Shown: positions 47,719 through 56,377 of the stretch, one piece after another | Numbering within the stretch: the stretch's first letter is position 1 | How the letters are laid out: each line of letters opens with the position of its first letter | Source: a virus | Lineage: Duplodnaviria > Heunggongvirae > Uroviricota > Caudoviricetes | DNA: 64,000 bases | Virus record (IMG/VR): IMGVR_UViG_3300028888_000043 | Location: 9,756-73,755 of that record | Strand: one strand, 5' to 3' | Made by a program: the position numbers and the translations under genes | The notes under the pieces: generated by a model | The model's input: the letters and a program-made list of their open reading frames with translations, nothing else | Databases searched by the model: none | Told to the model about the DNA's origin: nothing

Positions 47719-49195
47719 CATCTGTAATTGCATAAATCTTTTTCTTATATGAACTCCAACCAGCAGCGGCCTTATAAGCATCCACAGATTCTGCTGGAAC
47801 ATAGTAGCCACTCACCATATACCATTGAGAACCATTTCCAGTCGCTTCCCTTGTAGGAGGAGTAGTTGCAAGACATACCACCTTGAGACCATTTGCAGCA
47901 TACTGACCTGATCTATCACCGATATATGTCAAAGTAGAAGGGAAGACAATGTACTGACAGACCTCATTGTTCTTGTCATACCAGGGACAGACCTGTGTGT
48001 ATGCACCATTGTCCATCTTTGCCATAAAATCCCTGAACGATCCGGCCATCAGTTTGGTGACACCTTCCGCTATCTTGACTACATTCTGCTTTGACAGACC
48101 ATAATCAGCACCGCCATAACAGATAGTTCCATCCTTGGAGTAGACAATGTTGTTGACTGCTTTGAAGTTTGGATTGTTTTCATCTATGGTGATGGTCTCA
48201 AGCATATCCCAGAAGACGTCATTGTATTGACCGGTATAATCTGCGCCATTACCCAGTGTCTGAAGTCTTTCACCAATGTGTATCTCTCTCGGTGAAAATT
48301 GATTTGAAAACACTTCTTCACCAAACAACATCAATCTTGGAAGGTTCAATATCTCCTGGAATTTACCTGGATATGTATCATAGATATTGGAAAATGCGCC
48401 GTGACCTATATATGTAAGAGTATCCGGGAGTAATTGAGTACCTCCTGGAATACCTGATGTCTGGGCATATCCTATACTTGAACCAGCAAAAGCATAATTC
48501 TGGATAACATTCAATCCCTGGTTCATATTCACATGGGACAATTCACCACAGAAGGCGAACGCCTGTACGCTCACCTGCTTCAGTGTGGACGGGAAGGTAA
48601 TCTCCTTCAGTTTGCTGTTCCTGAAACAGTAGTTTCCGATTATCATCATACTTGGAGGAAGAGTTATACTCTCAAGGTCATATGCACCGAAGAATCCACC
48701 CTGCTTGGCTGCCTGTTCTTCATATGTGGTGTCTGTGAAAGTGGTCTTCGTGACATTCACAAAGAACTGGAACTCATCAAAATGCTTCAGGTTGGCAAAA
48801 GTGAGAGACCTGTAACCTCCAGGTGTGGATGAATCCGACACAAGTATGTTGGCTGCATTGAATGAATCATTTGTAACAGCAATCGCCTGGTCAATGGTCA
48901 TGAATGTGTCTGTCTGTCCCACCCAACCGGCATTCCTGGCGATTTCCATCGCTTCCGGGTTGGACTGGTTGGTCATTATCTTCCTGTAGAAGATTTTCTT
49001 CTTCCATTTTTCTGTGTCTGTCGTCTTCAATGTACACAAAGTAGGATAGTTCACCGGGTTTTCCGAGACATCTTGGATGTATTCATCCACTGTATTGTAT
49101 TCTTTTAAATACTTCATAACATAATAGTCCTTTATATTATTTATGACCTTTCTGCGAATCTGCGACTGCGATATGCGATAGACTGAAATCCACAT
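47696..49195 (-). CDS. BspA-type leucine-rich-repeat protein (499 aa), minus strand
   Basis: repeated I(G/Q)NYAF..C..L..I.(L/F)P units (ITLPPSMMIIGNYCFRNSKLKEITFPSTLKQV...); both ORF ends lie inside TGCGA-repeat elements. Confidence 0.55.
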   Translation of the reverse strand: MWISVYRISQSQIRRKVINNIKDYYVMKYLKEYNTVDEYIQDVSENPVNYPTLCTLKTTDTEKWKKKIFYRKIMTNQSNPEAMEIARNAGWVGQTDTFMTIDQAIAVTNDSFNAANILVSDSSTPGGYRSLTFANLKHFDEFQFFVNVTKTTFTDTTYEEQAAKQGGFFGAYDLESITLPPSMMIIGNYCFRNSKLKEITFPSTLKQVSVQAFAFCGELSHVNMNQGLNVIQNYAFAGSSIGYAQTSGIPGGTQLLPDTLTYIGHGAFSNIYDTYPGKFQEILNLPRLMLFGEEVFSNQFSPREIHIGERLQTLGNGADYTGQYNDVFWDMLETITIDENNPNFKAVNNIVYSKDGTICYGGADYGLSKQNVVKIAEGVTKLMAGSFRDFMAKMDNGAYTQVCPWYDKNNEVCQYIVFPSTLTYIGDRSGQYAANGLKVVCLATTPPTREATGNGSQWYMVSGYYVPAESVDAYKAAAGWSSYKKKIYAITDEILAAIA

Positions 49196-49228
49196 AATCT
49201 GATGGTGGATTTTTTTTGTAAAAAAGTG
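49152..49228 (+). terminator. TGCGA repeat x4 plus GACTGAAATCC plus hairpin plus T7 plus GTAAAAAAGTG
   Basis: AATCCAC-ataatctgatg-GTGGATT then T7. Confidence 0.6.
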
Positions 49229-49274
49229 AAGAAATATTTGGCGGTCTCGTTTTTTCTTTGTATCTTTGTAACAG
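49229..49274 (+). promoter_or_regulatory. class-A consensus promoter
   Basis: GAAATATTTGG...TTGTATCTTTGTAACAG. Confidence 0.55.
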
Positions 49275-49293
49275 AAACAAGAGAGATACTGAA

Positions 49294-49446
49294 ATGAACA
49301 AGGTTTACATCTACAAGAAGAACTGCAACACCGGTGATACTAAACCTTATACCTATGTCAACTCCGAGGAAGATGCAAAAAGTACAGTCAGTGAACTGAA
49401 CCGCTGGGCACCTTATCCCTACACTTATTTCTATCTTCCTAACTAA
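49294..49446 (+). CDS. hypothetical mini-protein (50 aa)
   Basis: first ATG after promoter (MNKVYIYKK...). Confidence 0.35.
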   Translation: MNKVYIYKKNCNTGDTKPYTYVNSEEDAKSTVSELNRWAPYPYTYFYLPN

Positions 49447-49457
49447 AAAAAAGGCAA

Positions 49458-49501
49458 GAAATATTTGGATATTACAGAAAAAAGTATTATCTTTGTAATA
49501 G
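49458..49501 (+). promoter_or_regulatory. class-A consensus promoter
   Basis: GAAATATTTGGATAT...TATTATCTTTGTAATAG. Confidence 0.55.
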
Positions 49502-49517
49502 AAAAAGAGACATAACC

Positions 49518-49739
49518 ATGAGAGTTGAAATCATCACCAAGAAAGACAAGAAAGGTTGCACTACCGAGTCCTATCAGTTCAGGGTCGACCAGGACATCAA
49601 AGCTGCCAATGGCATCCAGGTGGAGAAATCTGTCTATGGGAAGAACTTTGAAATCGACTACTCCAAGGACAAGGCAACCTGGTGGTGGAATGCCCTGCCT
49701 AACATGAGGACCGAGACCGACATTATCTATAAAGACTAA
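49518..49739 (+). CDS. hypothetical protein (73 aa)
   Basis: ORF after promoter. Confidence 0.45.
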   Translation: MRVEIITKKDKKGCTTESYQFRVDQDIKAANGIQVEKSVYGKNFEIDYSKDKATWWWNALPNMRTETDIIYKD

Positions 49740-49752
49740 AAATACAGATACC

Positions 49753-50331
49753 ATGAATTACAATTACCTTTCCGATTCAGAGAAAATCCTCATTGTCCTT
49801 GACAAGATGGGAGCAGTATCCCCCGAGACCGCAATCACCACAGAAGAGATGGTGGGAAAGGGTATCGAACTGGGAATGACAAAAGAAGTTCTCACTGACA
49901 ACTGGCATGGTCACAAGGAAGGTGATCATCCCTGGTGGCTTCTCCTGGCGGCCATGTCCGGCACAGGTTCCGAAGAGGAAGTGGCCAAGCACAATGTCCC
50001 CTACCTCCACCGCCAGAAAGTCCAGAGGATGAAGAATGGCCGCAAGACCAAGGTGATGGTGTACTGGTATGATGAGTCCTACACTCATGAAATAACCTAC
50101 ACCGGAAAGGAATACAAGCAGAAACTGATCCGCCAGCAGGAAATTAAGGACATCCTGGAAAAAACCAAAGGACTTCCCAAGTCCAAGGAGGAGAGGATGG
50201 AGCAGATGAGGAGAGATCCCAACTATGTGGAGATTGACGGAAAGTTCTACACTGCGAAGTTCGTCATCGCACATCCGGAGAAGTTCAACCCGGTGATGGT
50301 GATGATGGTGCAAGAGAACATCAACAGATAA
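49753..50331 (+). CDS. hypothetical protein (192 aa)
   Basis: ORF. Confidence 0.45.
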   Translation: MNYNYLSDSEKILIVLDKMGAVSPETAITTEEMVGKGIELGMTKEVLTDNWHGHKEGDHPWWLLLAAMSGTGSEEEVAKHNVPYLHRQKVQRMKNGRKTKVMVYWYDESYTHEITYTGKEYKQKLIRQQEIKDILEKTKGLPKSKEERMEQMRRDPNYVEIDGKFYTAKFVIAHPEKFNPVMVMMVQENINR

Positions 50332-50336
50332 GAGAT

Positions 50337-50675
50337 ATGGATTACAATGAAATCAAGAAGAGATTGGGGATGAACTCCAGAACAGAGACTGTCAAGTGCA
50401 GTTGCTGCGGCAAGGAGCTCACTGTCCCCAATATGTACAAGAGACAGGACCTGGACATCCTAAAACCCTACTGTGGTGCAGCAACCGTGCTCACTATCCA
50501 GTGGATGATTCATCACGGGTGGCACATCACCGCCCTGGATGATGAACACAAGAGTCGTTTCTACTGCCCAGACTGTTTCCTGGAAGGAACACCGGAGTAC
50601 CAGGAAGCACCTTATGCAAAAGACTGGTGTGAGCAGGCCGGAGAGTGGATGAAGGAGAATGATGGCAAGCAATGA
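50337..50675 (+). CDS. Cys-rich Zn-finger-like protein (112 aa)
   Basis: CSCCGKE...YCG...YCPDCF. Confidence 0.4.
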   Translation: MDYNEIKKRLGMNSRTETVKCSCCGKELTVPNMYKRQDLDILKPYCGAATVLTIQWMIHHGWHITALDDEHKSRFYCPDCFLEGTPEYQEAPYAKDWCEQAGEWMKENDGKQ

Positions 50676-50908
50676 GCATCTGGGCTGACATGCACAGGAG
50701 ATCCAACGGTACTTCCATCAGGAAGGAAGATAAGGTGATTCCTGAAAAACCACAGGAGAACTGTATGCATGGTAGACCGTTGAGTTATGATTACGGGAGT
50801 AAAATCTACAAGACATACACCTGTGATTTTGGGAGTAAAATCTACAAGACCTCAGATCTTGATGACATGTTGGACAATTTAAAGAAGGATTATTATTTCT
50901 TTTACTAA
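50672..50908 (+). CDS. MSIW-leader family member 7 (78 aa)
   Basis: MSIWADMHRRSNGTSIRKED; C-terminus contains duplicated SKIYKT motif. Confidence 0.55.
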   Translation: MSIWADMHRRSNGTSIRKEDKVIPEKPQENCMHGRPLSYDYGSKIYKTYTCDFGSKIYKTSDLDDMLDNLKKDYYFFY

Positions 50909-50934
50909 TTAGTTTAACCCCTAAAATATTTAAT

Positions 50935-51540
50935 ATGCTTCAGAAAGTAAGCAAGGCCAATATCAAGGCCATCAACAACATTCTTCAGCAGCAGGCGCAA
51001 CTCGGAATCATCCTCGGGGTGACCAACATCCAGCAGAACCGCTATATGCGTGACTGTTCCACTGGCGAGATGGTGGGTGTCGACAAGATGAACACCGACC
51101 TCCATGGCTGGGATGGCATCTTCAAGAATGGAAAGTACTTTGAGAACAAGAACGTGAAGGTAAATGCCAAGGCAGGTACTTCCTACTCCCTCACTTTCCG
51201 TGACACCTCCGCTGGAAAGCTCATTGAGATGACCGATGGTGTCATCGCTGTCCAGTCCTTCTGGGGAGATGACGGCAAGCGTGCCTTCTCTATGGTTGGT
51301 AACACCAACTATGTCGGTGATTACCTGGAGGAAGCCTGGAATCCTGACTCCAGGTACACCACATCTGTCAGCATGTCCCGCTGCCTCAAGCGTGGATTCA
51401 AGCTGGTCGCCGGCACTTACACCAAGCAGCAGGTCATCGACACCATCAAGGAGAAATTCCCCCGGCTCGGCAGTACCCTGACACCTGCTGACATCTACAC
51501 CGAGAAGCAGGCCAAGAAACTGGTTGCATCAATGATGTAA
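50935..51540 (+). CDS. hypothetical protein (201 aa), C-biased codon usage
   Basis: ORF. Confidence 0.5.
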   Translation: MLQKVSKANIKAINNILQQQAQLGIILGVTNIQQNRYMRDCSTGEMVGVDKMNTDLHGWDGIFKNGKYFENKNVKVNAKAGTSYSLTFRDTSAGKLIEMTDGVIAVQSFWGDDGKRAFSMVGNTNYVGDYLEEAWNPDSRYTTSVSMSRCLKRGFKLVAGTYTKQQVIDTIKEKFPRLGSTLTPADIYTEKQAKKLVASMM

Positions 51541-51542
51541 TC

Positions 51543-51603
51543 TTCTGCGGTCACGAACTGCGAATACCAGGGGACTGAAAAAAAGTGGAAAAAAGTCCCC
51601 TGG
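51543..51603 (+). terminator. degenerate TGCGA element plus long-loop hairpin overlapping the -33 region
   Basis: CCAGGGGACT-16 nt-AGTCCCCTGG; no T-run. Confidence 0.4.
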
Positions 51604-51645
51604 AAATTTGGAAAATCCGGAAAAAAGCATTATCTTTGTAACAGA
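51601..51645 (+). promoter_or_regulatory. class-A consensus promoter
   Basis: GGAAATTTGG...GCATTATCTTTGTAACAG. Confidence 0.5.
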
Positions 51646-51760
51646 AAGGAAGACATAAAGGTTCATACCGCAACAATCGCCAAAAGATGTTAAAGTAAAC
51701 AAGAAACCCTTTGGAACCTTGTTAACTATCTTCCTAATGAACCAAAAAAGAGTAACAGTC

Positions 51761-52009
51761 ATGAAAAAAGTCACTGCCGAAGAACTGCACAAGATGCTCT
51801 GCCAGGGAACTGTCAAGTTCCAGTACACCAAGAATGACGGTTCGGTCCGCACCGCAGTCGGAACCCTCAAGTCCTCCCTCATCACACGGAAGCCCGGCGG
51901 CGGAGAGAACAAGGTCAAGGGTGCAGGGTACACCACATATTTCGATCTGGAGAAAGATGCATTCCGCTGCTTTGCAGAGTCCAAACTCCTGGGTGTGATT
52001 GAGAAGTAA
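51761..52009 (+). CDS. hypothetical protein (82 aa); stand-alone paralog of the C-terminal domain of MSIW member 8
   Basis: VKFQYTKNDGSVRTAVGT...GYTTYFDLEKDAFRCF..LLGV; start uncertain (ATG 51719, 51737 or 51761). Confidence 0.4.
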   Translation: MKKVTAEELHKMLCQGTVKFQYTKNDGSVRTAVGTLKSSLITRKPGGGENKVKGAGYTTYFDLEKDAFRCFAESKLLGVIEK

Positions 52010-52029
52010 ATCATCAAAAGGAGAAAGAT

Positions 52030-52572
52030 ATGAATCTCGTCACAGTCACACTCGACATCAGTTGGGATGAATCTCCCAAGTATGTCATCCCTACATCCAA
52101 CTTCCACAATGCCTACATCATCGGTGTCCCCTGCAAAATCCTGGCCTCCCCGTATGTCGGGAAATGGACCAACTATGTCCGCACCAGGATGACAAAGCTC
52201 ATCGATATCCAGTCCTGTGTGACAGGTATCAAGTACACCATCCCATATGAGTGGGTAAGGTCTTTCAAGTCACTGGTGGACGCCAATGACCAGGCCGAGA
52301 TTATCGGGCATCACTTCCCGGAGGTGACAGACCTCATCGGAAAACCCTACTGGCCCAGGGATGACTCCTATATCTCCGACCTTGACGGCAATTCCTCTGG
52401 AAGACTTTTTCATCAGCGGTGCGAAATCGTCTCCGTCCCGTTTGATGACACTATCAAGGATATGGTGGGTAAGGACATCACATATAAGTTCATCCTGGTG
52501 AGATATGAGGGAAAAATCTACAGAACTCTCTTTCAGGAATATGCACTCTATGAACCGGAGAGTCGATGGTGA
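52030..52572 (+). CDS. hypothetical protein (180 aa)
   Basis: ORF. Confidence 0.45.
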   Translation: MNLVTVTLDISWDESPKYVIPTSNFHNAYIIGVPCKILASPYVGKWTNYVRTRMTKLIDIQSCVTGIKYTIPYEWVRSFKSLVDANDQAEIIGHHFPEVTDLIGKPYWPRDDSYISDLDGNSSGRLFHQRCEIVSVPFDDTIKDMVGKDITYKFILVRYEGKIYRTLFQEYALYEPESRW

Positions 52573-52633
52573 ATTTATGATTTATGAATTGCAAATCGCT
52601 ATAAATACTGTATACAATCAAATCCAGTAAACT

Positions 52634-53017
52634 ATGAGCATTTGGTCTGACATGCACAAGAAGAGCAATGGTGAATTCCGTAGGGAAGATGCTTTCATCT
52701 TCCAGGAGATCACTCCGGAAGAACTTGCCAAGATGTTCACCAAGGGTATCGTGCATTTCAAATACAGGAAGAAGGCGAAGAAAGGTCAGCCCTGGGACAG
52801 CGGAGTCGAGAGAGAGGCCTGGGGGACCAAGAATATGAGTGTGGTCTCCAAGATTCCTCACGGAGGTTACTGTCCTCCAAAGCAGGCTGGTTACACTATC
52901 TACTTCGATGTGGAGAAGGCAGACTGGAGAGCATTTTCCGATTACCTGCTGCTTGGTGTCTGTTCACATATCTTCACAGAAGAAGAGTACACTAAATTCA
53001 TCAATAATGAAATGTAA
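52634..53017 (+). CDS. MSIW-leader family member 8 (127 aa)
   Basis: MSIWSDMHKKSNGEFRRED; C-terminal IVHFKYRKK...GYTIYFDVEKADWRAF..LLGV domain. Confidence 0.6.
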   Translation: MSIWSDMHKKSNGEFRREDAFIFQEITPEELAKMFTKGIVHFKYRKKAKKGQPWDSGVEREAWGTKNMSVVSKIPHGGYCPPKQAGYTIYFDVEKADWRAFSDYLLLGVCSHIFTEEEYTKFINNEM

Positions 53018-53052
53018 TAACAATTGTTGTTAACCTTTAAAATCTTTAAAAC

Positions 53053-53298
53053 ATGCGCAAGTACAAGTCTATCCGCACCATCCTGCTGGACTTCGTGGCG
53101 AACAATGGTCCGCAGACCTGGAATGAACTCCACAAGGTTGTCCTCACTGTCGCCGGTCAGCCTCTGACCCGCAACGAGTATGGCAGCTCCTACCTTGACC
53201 AGGTATCCGAGGGCACTTCCGTCTGCTTCCCGACCCGCACCGAGCGCCGCTACCTCTACAAGCGAGAGGACGGTCTCTATGACATCGCCAGTCTGTAA
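53053..53298 (+). CDS. hypothetical protein (81 aa) with markedly GC-rich codon usage
   Basis: about 57 percent GC versus about 40 percent surroundings; strong terminator downstream. Confidence 0.5.
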   Translation: MRKYKSIRTILLDFVANNGPQTWNELHKVVLTVAGQPLTRNEYGSSYLDQVSEGTSVCFPTRTERRYLYKREDGLYDIASL

Positions 53299-53327
53299 AA
53301 CCCAGACAAACAGGTGCAAAAAAATCG

Positions 53328-53366
53328 TCACCAGGATGTAAATCCTGGTGATTTTTGTTATATTTA
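53328..53366 (+). terminator. Rho-independent terminator plus class-B element
   Basis: TCACCAGGAT-gtaa-ATCCTGGTGA then T5 then GTTATATTTAATG. Confidence 0.75.
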
Positions 53367-53398
53367 ATGTGTAAGTAATTCTAATAGAAAGTAAAAGT

Positions 53399-54010
53399 AT
53401 GGATAAACTCAATTATGCCCTTGGTCTTTATGTGGGGACATATATGGTAAGAGGAGGAATCGAGAAGGTTGATTCCGTTGATGATTTTATGGCAGGTATC
53501 AACACTGTCCTCAACGATACGGATCTCGCAATCCCGCAGGAGGAGGTGAATGAGACTCTCAAGTCCTTCTTTGGTGAGGTTCTCAGGAAGAGGGAAGAGC
53601 AGGAAAAGAAGGAAGCCGCGGAGAATCTCAAGAGAGGTGAGGAGTATCTCAAAGAGAACCTCACCAAAGAAGGCGTGAAGAAGACCGACTCCGGACTCCA
53701 GTACAAGATCCTCCGGGAAGGAACTCTGATGAAATGGCCTAACGCCCACAGCAGAGTGAGAGTCCACTATGAGGGCAAGTTCATTGACGGTACAGTGTTC
53801 GACTCCTCCTACCAGCGTGGAGAACCAGTCGAATTCGGACTGGACCAGGTGATCCCTGGGTGGTCAGAGGGTGTATGCCTGATGAAACCTGGAGCGAAGT
53901 ATGAACTCACATTGCCGGCACATCTGGCATATGGTGAAGTGGGTGTCCCCGACAGGATTCCTGGGAACAGTGTCCTGATTTTCACTGTTGAACTCCTTGA
54001 CATCCTGTAA
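53399..54010 (+). CDS. FKBP-type peptidyl-prolyl cis-trans isomerase (FkpA/Mip-like)
   Basis: GLQYKILREG..P.....V.VHYEGKFIDGTVFDSSYQRGEPVEFGLDQVIPGWSEG...PGAKYELTLPAHLAYG. Confidence 0.85.
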   Translation: MDKLNYALGLYVGTYMVRGGIEKVDSVDDFMAGINTVLNDTDLAIPQEEVNETLKSFFGEVLRKREEQEKKEAAENLKRGEEYLKENLTKEGVKKTDSGLQYKILREGTLMKWPNAHSRVRVHYEGKFIDGTVFDSSYQRGEPVEFGLDQVIPGWSEGVCLMKPGAKYELTLPAHLAYGEVGVPDRIPGNSVLIFTVELLDIL

Positions 54011-54012
54011 CT

Positions 54013-54441
54013 ATGGAAATCAAGATCAATATTGATGAGTCCAAGTTCCAGGAAGTCCTGGAAAAGGAACTCGGAGCATTCACCCAGGATGAACTCCATA
54101 AAATCCTTGTTGAGGCAATGAAGGAGTACCTCAACAAAGAGGATGTCATCAAGGCATACCTGGAAAAGAATGAGGTGGATAGATGGGGATCACCGGTAAG
54201 AGGATCCAGTACTATGGATAAACTCATCCAGAATGTAGATCTGAATGATGTCCTGGCAGAACCAAAGGAGAAAATCAAGAAGATTATCTCTGAAAATAGT
54301 ACTTTGAAGAATGTGGCCATAGAACTCCTGGCAAATATGTTCAAAAGTAATTTCAGGAATGCCTTCATCCAGGATTACCAGTTTATGGAAGAACTTGCGG
54401 GAAGAGTAGCATACTCGCTTGAACAGATGAAGCAGAGATGA
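54013..54441 (+). CDS. hypothetical protein (142 aa)
   Basis: ORF. Confidence 0.45.
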   Translation: MEIKINIDESKFQEVLEKELGAFTQDELHKILVEAMKEYLNKEDVIKAYLEKNEVDRWGSPVRGSSTMDKLIQNVDLNDVLAEPKEKIKKIISENSTLKNVAIELLANMFKSNFRNAFIQDYQFMEELAGRVAYSLEQMKQR

Positions 54442-54454
54442 GTCTGATGTAATG

Positions 54455-54545
54455 TCCTGAAACCGTAGACGACGTAGACACCGTATACGGTATACGTGTA
54501 TACGTGTATACTGAAGTAGACTGAAGTCCAGAGACCTGGACAGAA
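54455..54545. repeat. array of short palindromic/direct repeats (CGTAGACGA CGTAGACAC CCGTATACGG TATACGTG TATACGTG; TGAAGTAGAC TGAAGTCCAG; GTCCAG-agac-CTGGAC)
   Basis: read directly; replaces the usual hairpin in the inter-unit cassette. Confidence 0.6.
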
Positions 54546-54626
54546 TGTCAGGATATGAAATCCACTGACGACCATCTGCCATCTGCGACGACGAACTGCG
54601 AAAGAAAGATTTTTGAAAAAATGTGA

Positions 54627-54670
54627 GAAATATTTGGATATGTCGTTTTTTTGTAGTATCTTTGTAATAG
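54627..54670 (+). promoter_or_regulatory. class-A consensus promoter
   Basis: GAGAAATATTTGGATAT...GTAGTATCTTTGTAATAG. Confidence 0.55.
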
Positions 54671-54698
54671 AAAAAGAAACCAACAGAAAAACAAAGAC

Positions 54699-54953
54699 AT
54701 GAAACTCATTGCTGACATTTTCAACTACATCCTCCTTACCGGAGCGTTCCTTTTTGCAGTGGCGCTTTTCATCCAGACGAACAGAGAACTCTGGGAGAAC
54801 TTCAAGGAAGACTATGGTGACTGGTTCAAGAGCACCAGAATCGGGATGTGGTTCAACAACAGGAAGAATGGAGTAACCATCCTCACAGACGATGAATATG
54901 AGAATCTCCAAATGACTGGAAAGATTATTCCCATTGAAGTTGTGGAGGATTAA
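54699..54953 (+). CDS. small membrane protein (84 aa)
   Basis: TM helix LLTGAFLFAVALFI. Confidence 0.45.
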   Translation: MKLIADIFNYILLTGAFLFAVALFIQTNRELWENFKEDYGDWFKSTRIGMWFNNRKNGVTILTDDEYENLQMTGKIIPIEVVED

Positions 54954-54956
54954 GTT

Positions 54957-55127
54957 ATGGCAAGAGAGAAGAAAATCTTTGACATCTATGTCGACTATGA
55001 GTATGGTTGTGATGAGACCTACACCGTTGAGGCATACACCCTGGCAGAGGCCAAGAAGAAGGCAAAGAACCGCTTTATGAGGGAATACTTCAAGAAGTCC
55101 TATGTAAAGGCTTTAAAAGCATACTGA
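54957..55127 (+). CDS. basic mini-protein (56 aa)
   Basis: MAREKKIFDIYVDYEYGCDETY...; below cutoff. Confidence 0.3.
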   Translation: MAREKKIFDIYVDYEYGCDETYTVEAYTLAEAKKKAKNRFMREYFKKSYVKALKAY

Positions 55128-55139
55128 TACAAGTTCCGA

Positions 55140-55270
55140 AGCGGTCTGGAATAAACCGTTCGGTTCCATAAGATTGCAGAGGAACTTTTATATGTTGTTT
55201 TCATGTTGTTATGTGTTTTTGGGGTGTCAGTATGTTGGGAAATATACTGACACCATTTTTTTAAGAAATT
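55140..55270 (+). terminator. intergenic double hairpin (CCGAAGCGG..CCGTTCGG; GGTGTCAGTAT-gttgggaaa-TATACTGACACC then T7)
   Basis: second hairpin is a 11-12 bp stem followed by a T-run. Confidence 0.55.
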
Positions 55271-55278
55271 TTATTATT

Positions 55279-55770
55279 ATGAAACATATCGCAAACCGCA
55301 TCGCAGATGACTTCCTGAATGACAAGGAATTCCAGAGTAAGATTGACACTGTGGTTCTCGGCATCAGACAGAACTCCAGTATCATCGCCAAGAAATATGG
55401 TGAACTGTTCACCGATGCCAAAAAGGAGTTTCTTCTGGTTGAAAGGTCTTTAATCGCCAAGATTGTCACCAGCGTTTATAATGAGACCAAGGAAATCCGG
55501 AAGAGAATCAAGAAGAAAGAAACCGGTTTGAATGATGTTCCGATCCGCATCGACATCAACATCGAGCGGTGGAAGGAATTGAAGGTCTATGGAAGAATGC
55601 TCGACCTGAACAAATATGGAATATCCCTTGCCGGCAAGCTCAATGAATCACTGAAGAAGTATCACCTGGATGGAATAGTCAAGGCGTATTATGATGTCCC
55701 ATATTTCTCCGGAAATGGACAGATGTTTATAACCTTTCAGGTGACAGATCCTCAAGAATTTACTGAATGA
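55279..55770 (+). CDS. hypothetical protein (163 aa)
   Basis: start trimmed to ATG downstream of hairpins (track ORF 55174 spans the terminator). Confidence 0.45.
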   Translation: MKHIANRIADDFLNDKEFQSKIDTVVLGIRQNSSIIAKKYGELFTDAKKEFLLVERSLIAKIVTSVYNETKEIRKRIKKKETGLNDVPIRIDINIERWKELKVYGRMLDLNKYGISLAGKLNESLKKYHLDGIVKAYYDVPYFSGNGQMFITFQVTDPQEFTE

Positions 55771-55790
55771 GATTATAAGAAACTGTAATT

Positions 55791-56141
55791 ATGAAATGGA
55801 CTGACATTTGGAGACCTCCCTTCCGGAATGACCACTATGGTTATATCTGGGACAGAGACAATGTGATGACATTCAGTGTAGATGATCTCACAGAGGAGAA
55901 TGACCGGCAGATGCAGGACTTCTGTGACAACCTGGTCAAGGCGCTGAATGGTGAGGAGTGCATGAAATATCCTGATCTCCAGGTGAAGGATGGATGTGAC
56001 CTGTACAGAGGAGAGGAACTCCTGGGATCCTTCAGAGGATGGGGACATCTCACCGGTGGGTTGAAGATGAAACCGGAAGAAGCGGCCGCTGTCCAGGATC
56101 AGCTGATTAGTTTTGCATTGGACAAGATTGCAGAGAGATGA
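55791..56141 (+). CDS. hypothetical protein (116 aa)
   Basis: ORF. Confidence 0.45.
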   Translation: MKWTDIWRPPFRNDHYGYIWDRDNVMTFSVDDLTEENDRQMQDFCDNLVKALNGEECMKYPDLQVKDGCDLYRGEELLGSFRGWGHLTGGLKMKPEEAAAVQDQLISFALDKIAER

Positions 56142-56377
56142 GTATCTGGGCGGACATACACAAGAGAAGTAACGGGTTCAAGCTGAAAGCAGAGGACAGG
56201 GTATCTGTGAAAGCAGAGACATTTGACGATTTCGTGAAGATTCTTGAAGATGCATATACAGCAGGAGATGAAAGCCGTGTTCAGATGATTTTTATCGCTA
56301 ATCCCAAGTATAGCAGAATATATGACATTGATGCCCTGATGAAAAATCTCAAATATAAAAAGTCATTAAATTTATGA
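56138..56377 (+). CDS. MSIW-leader family member 9 (79 aa)
   Basis: MSIWADIHKRSNGFKLKAED. Confidence 0.55.
   Translation: MSIWADIHKRSNGFKLKAEDRVSVKAETFDDFVKILEDAYTAGDESRVQMIFIANPKYSRIYDIDALMKNLKYKKSLNL

Noticed and set aside
47696-49195. Invertible (shufflon-like) segment around the minus-strand LRR gene
   Set aside because: The flanking TGCGA elements are in direct, not inverted, orientation, and no recombinase gene is present. It is kept as a cassette-insertion observation only.
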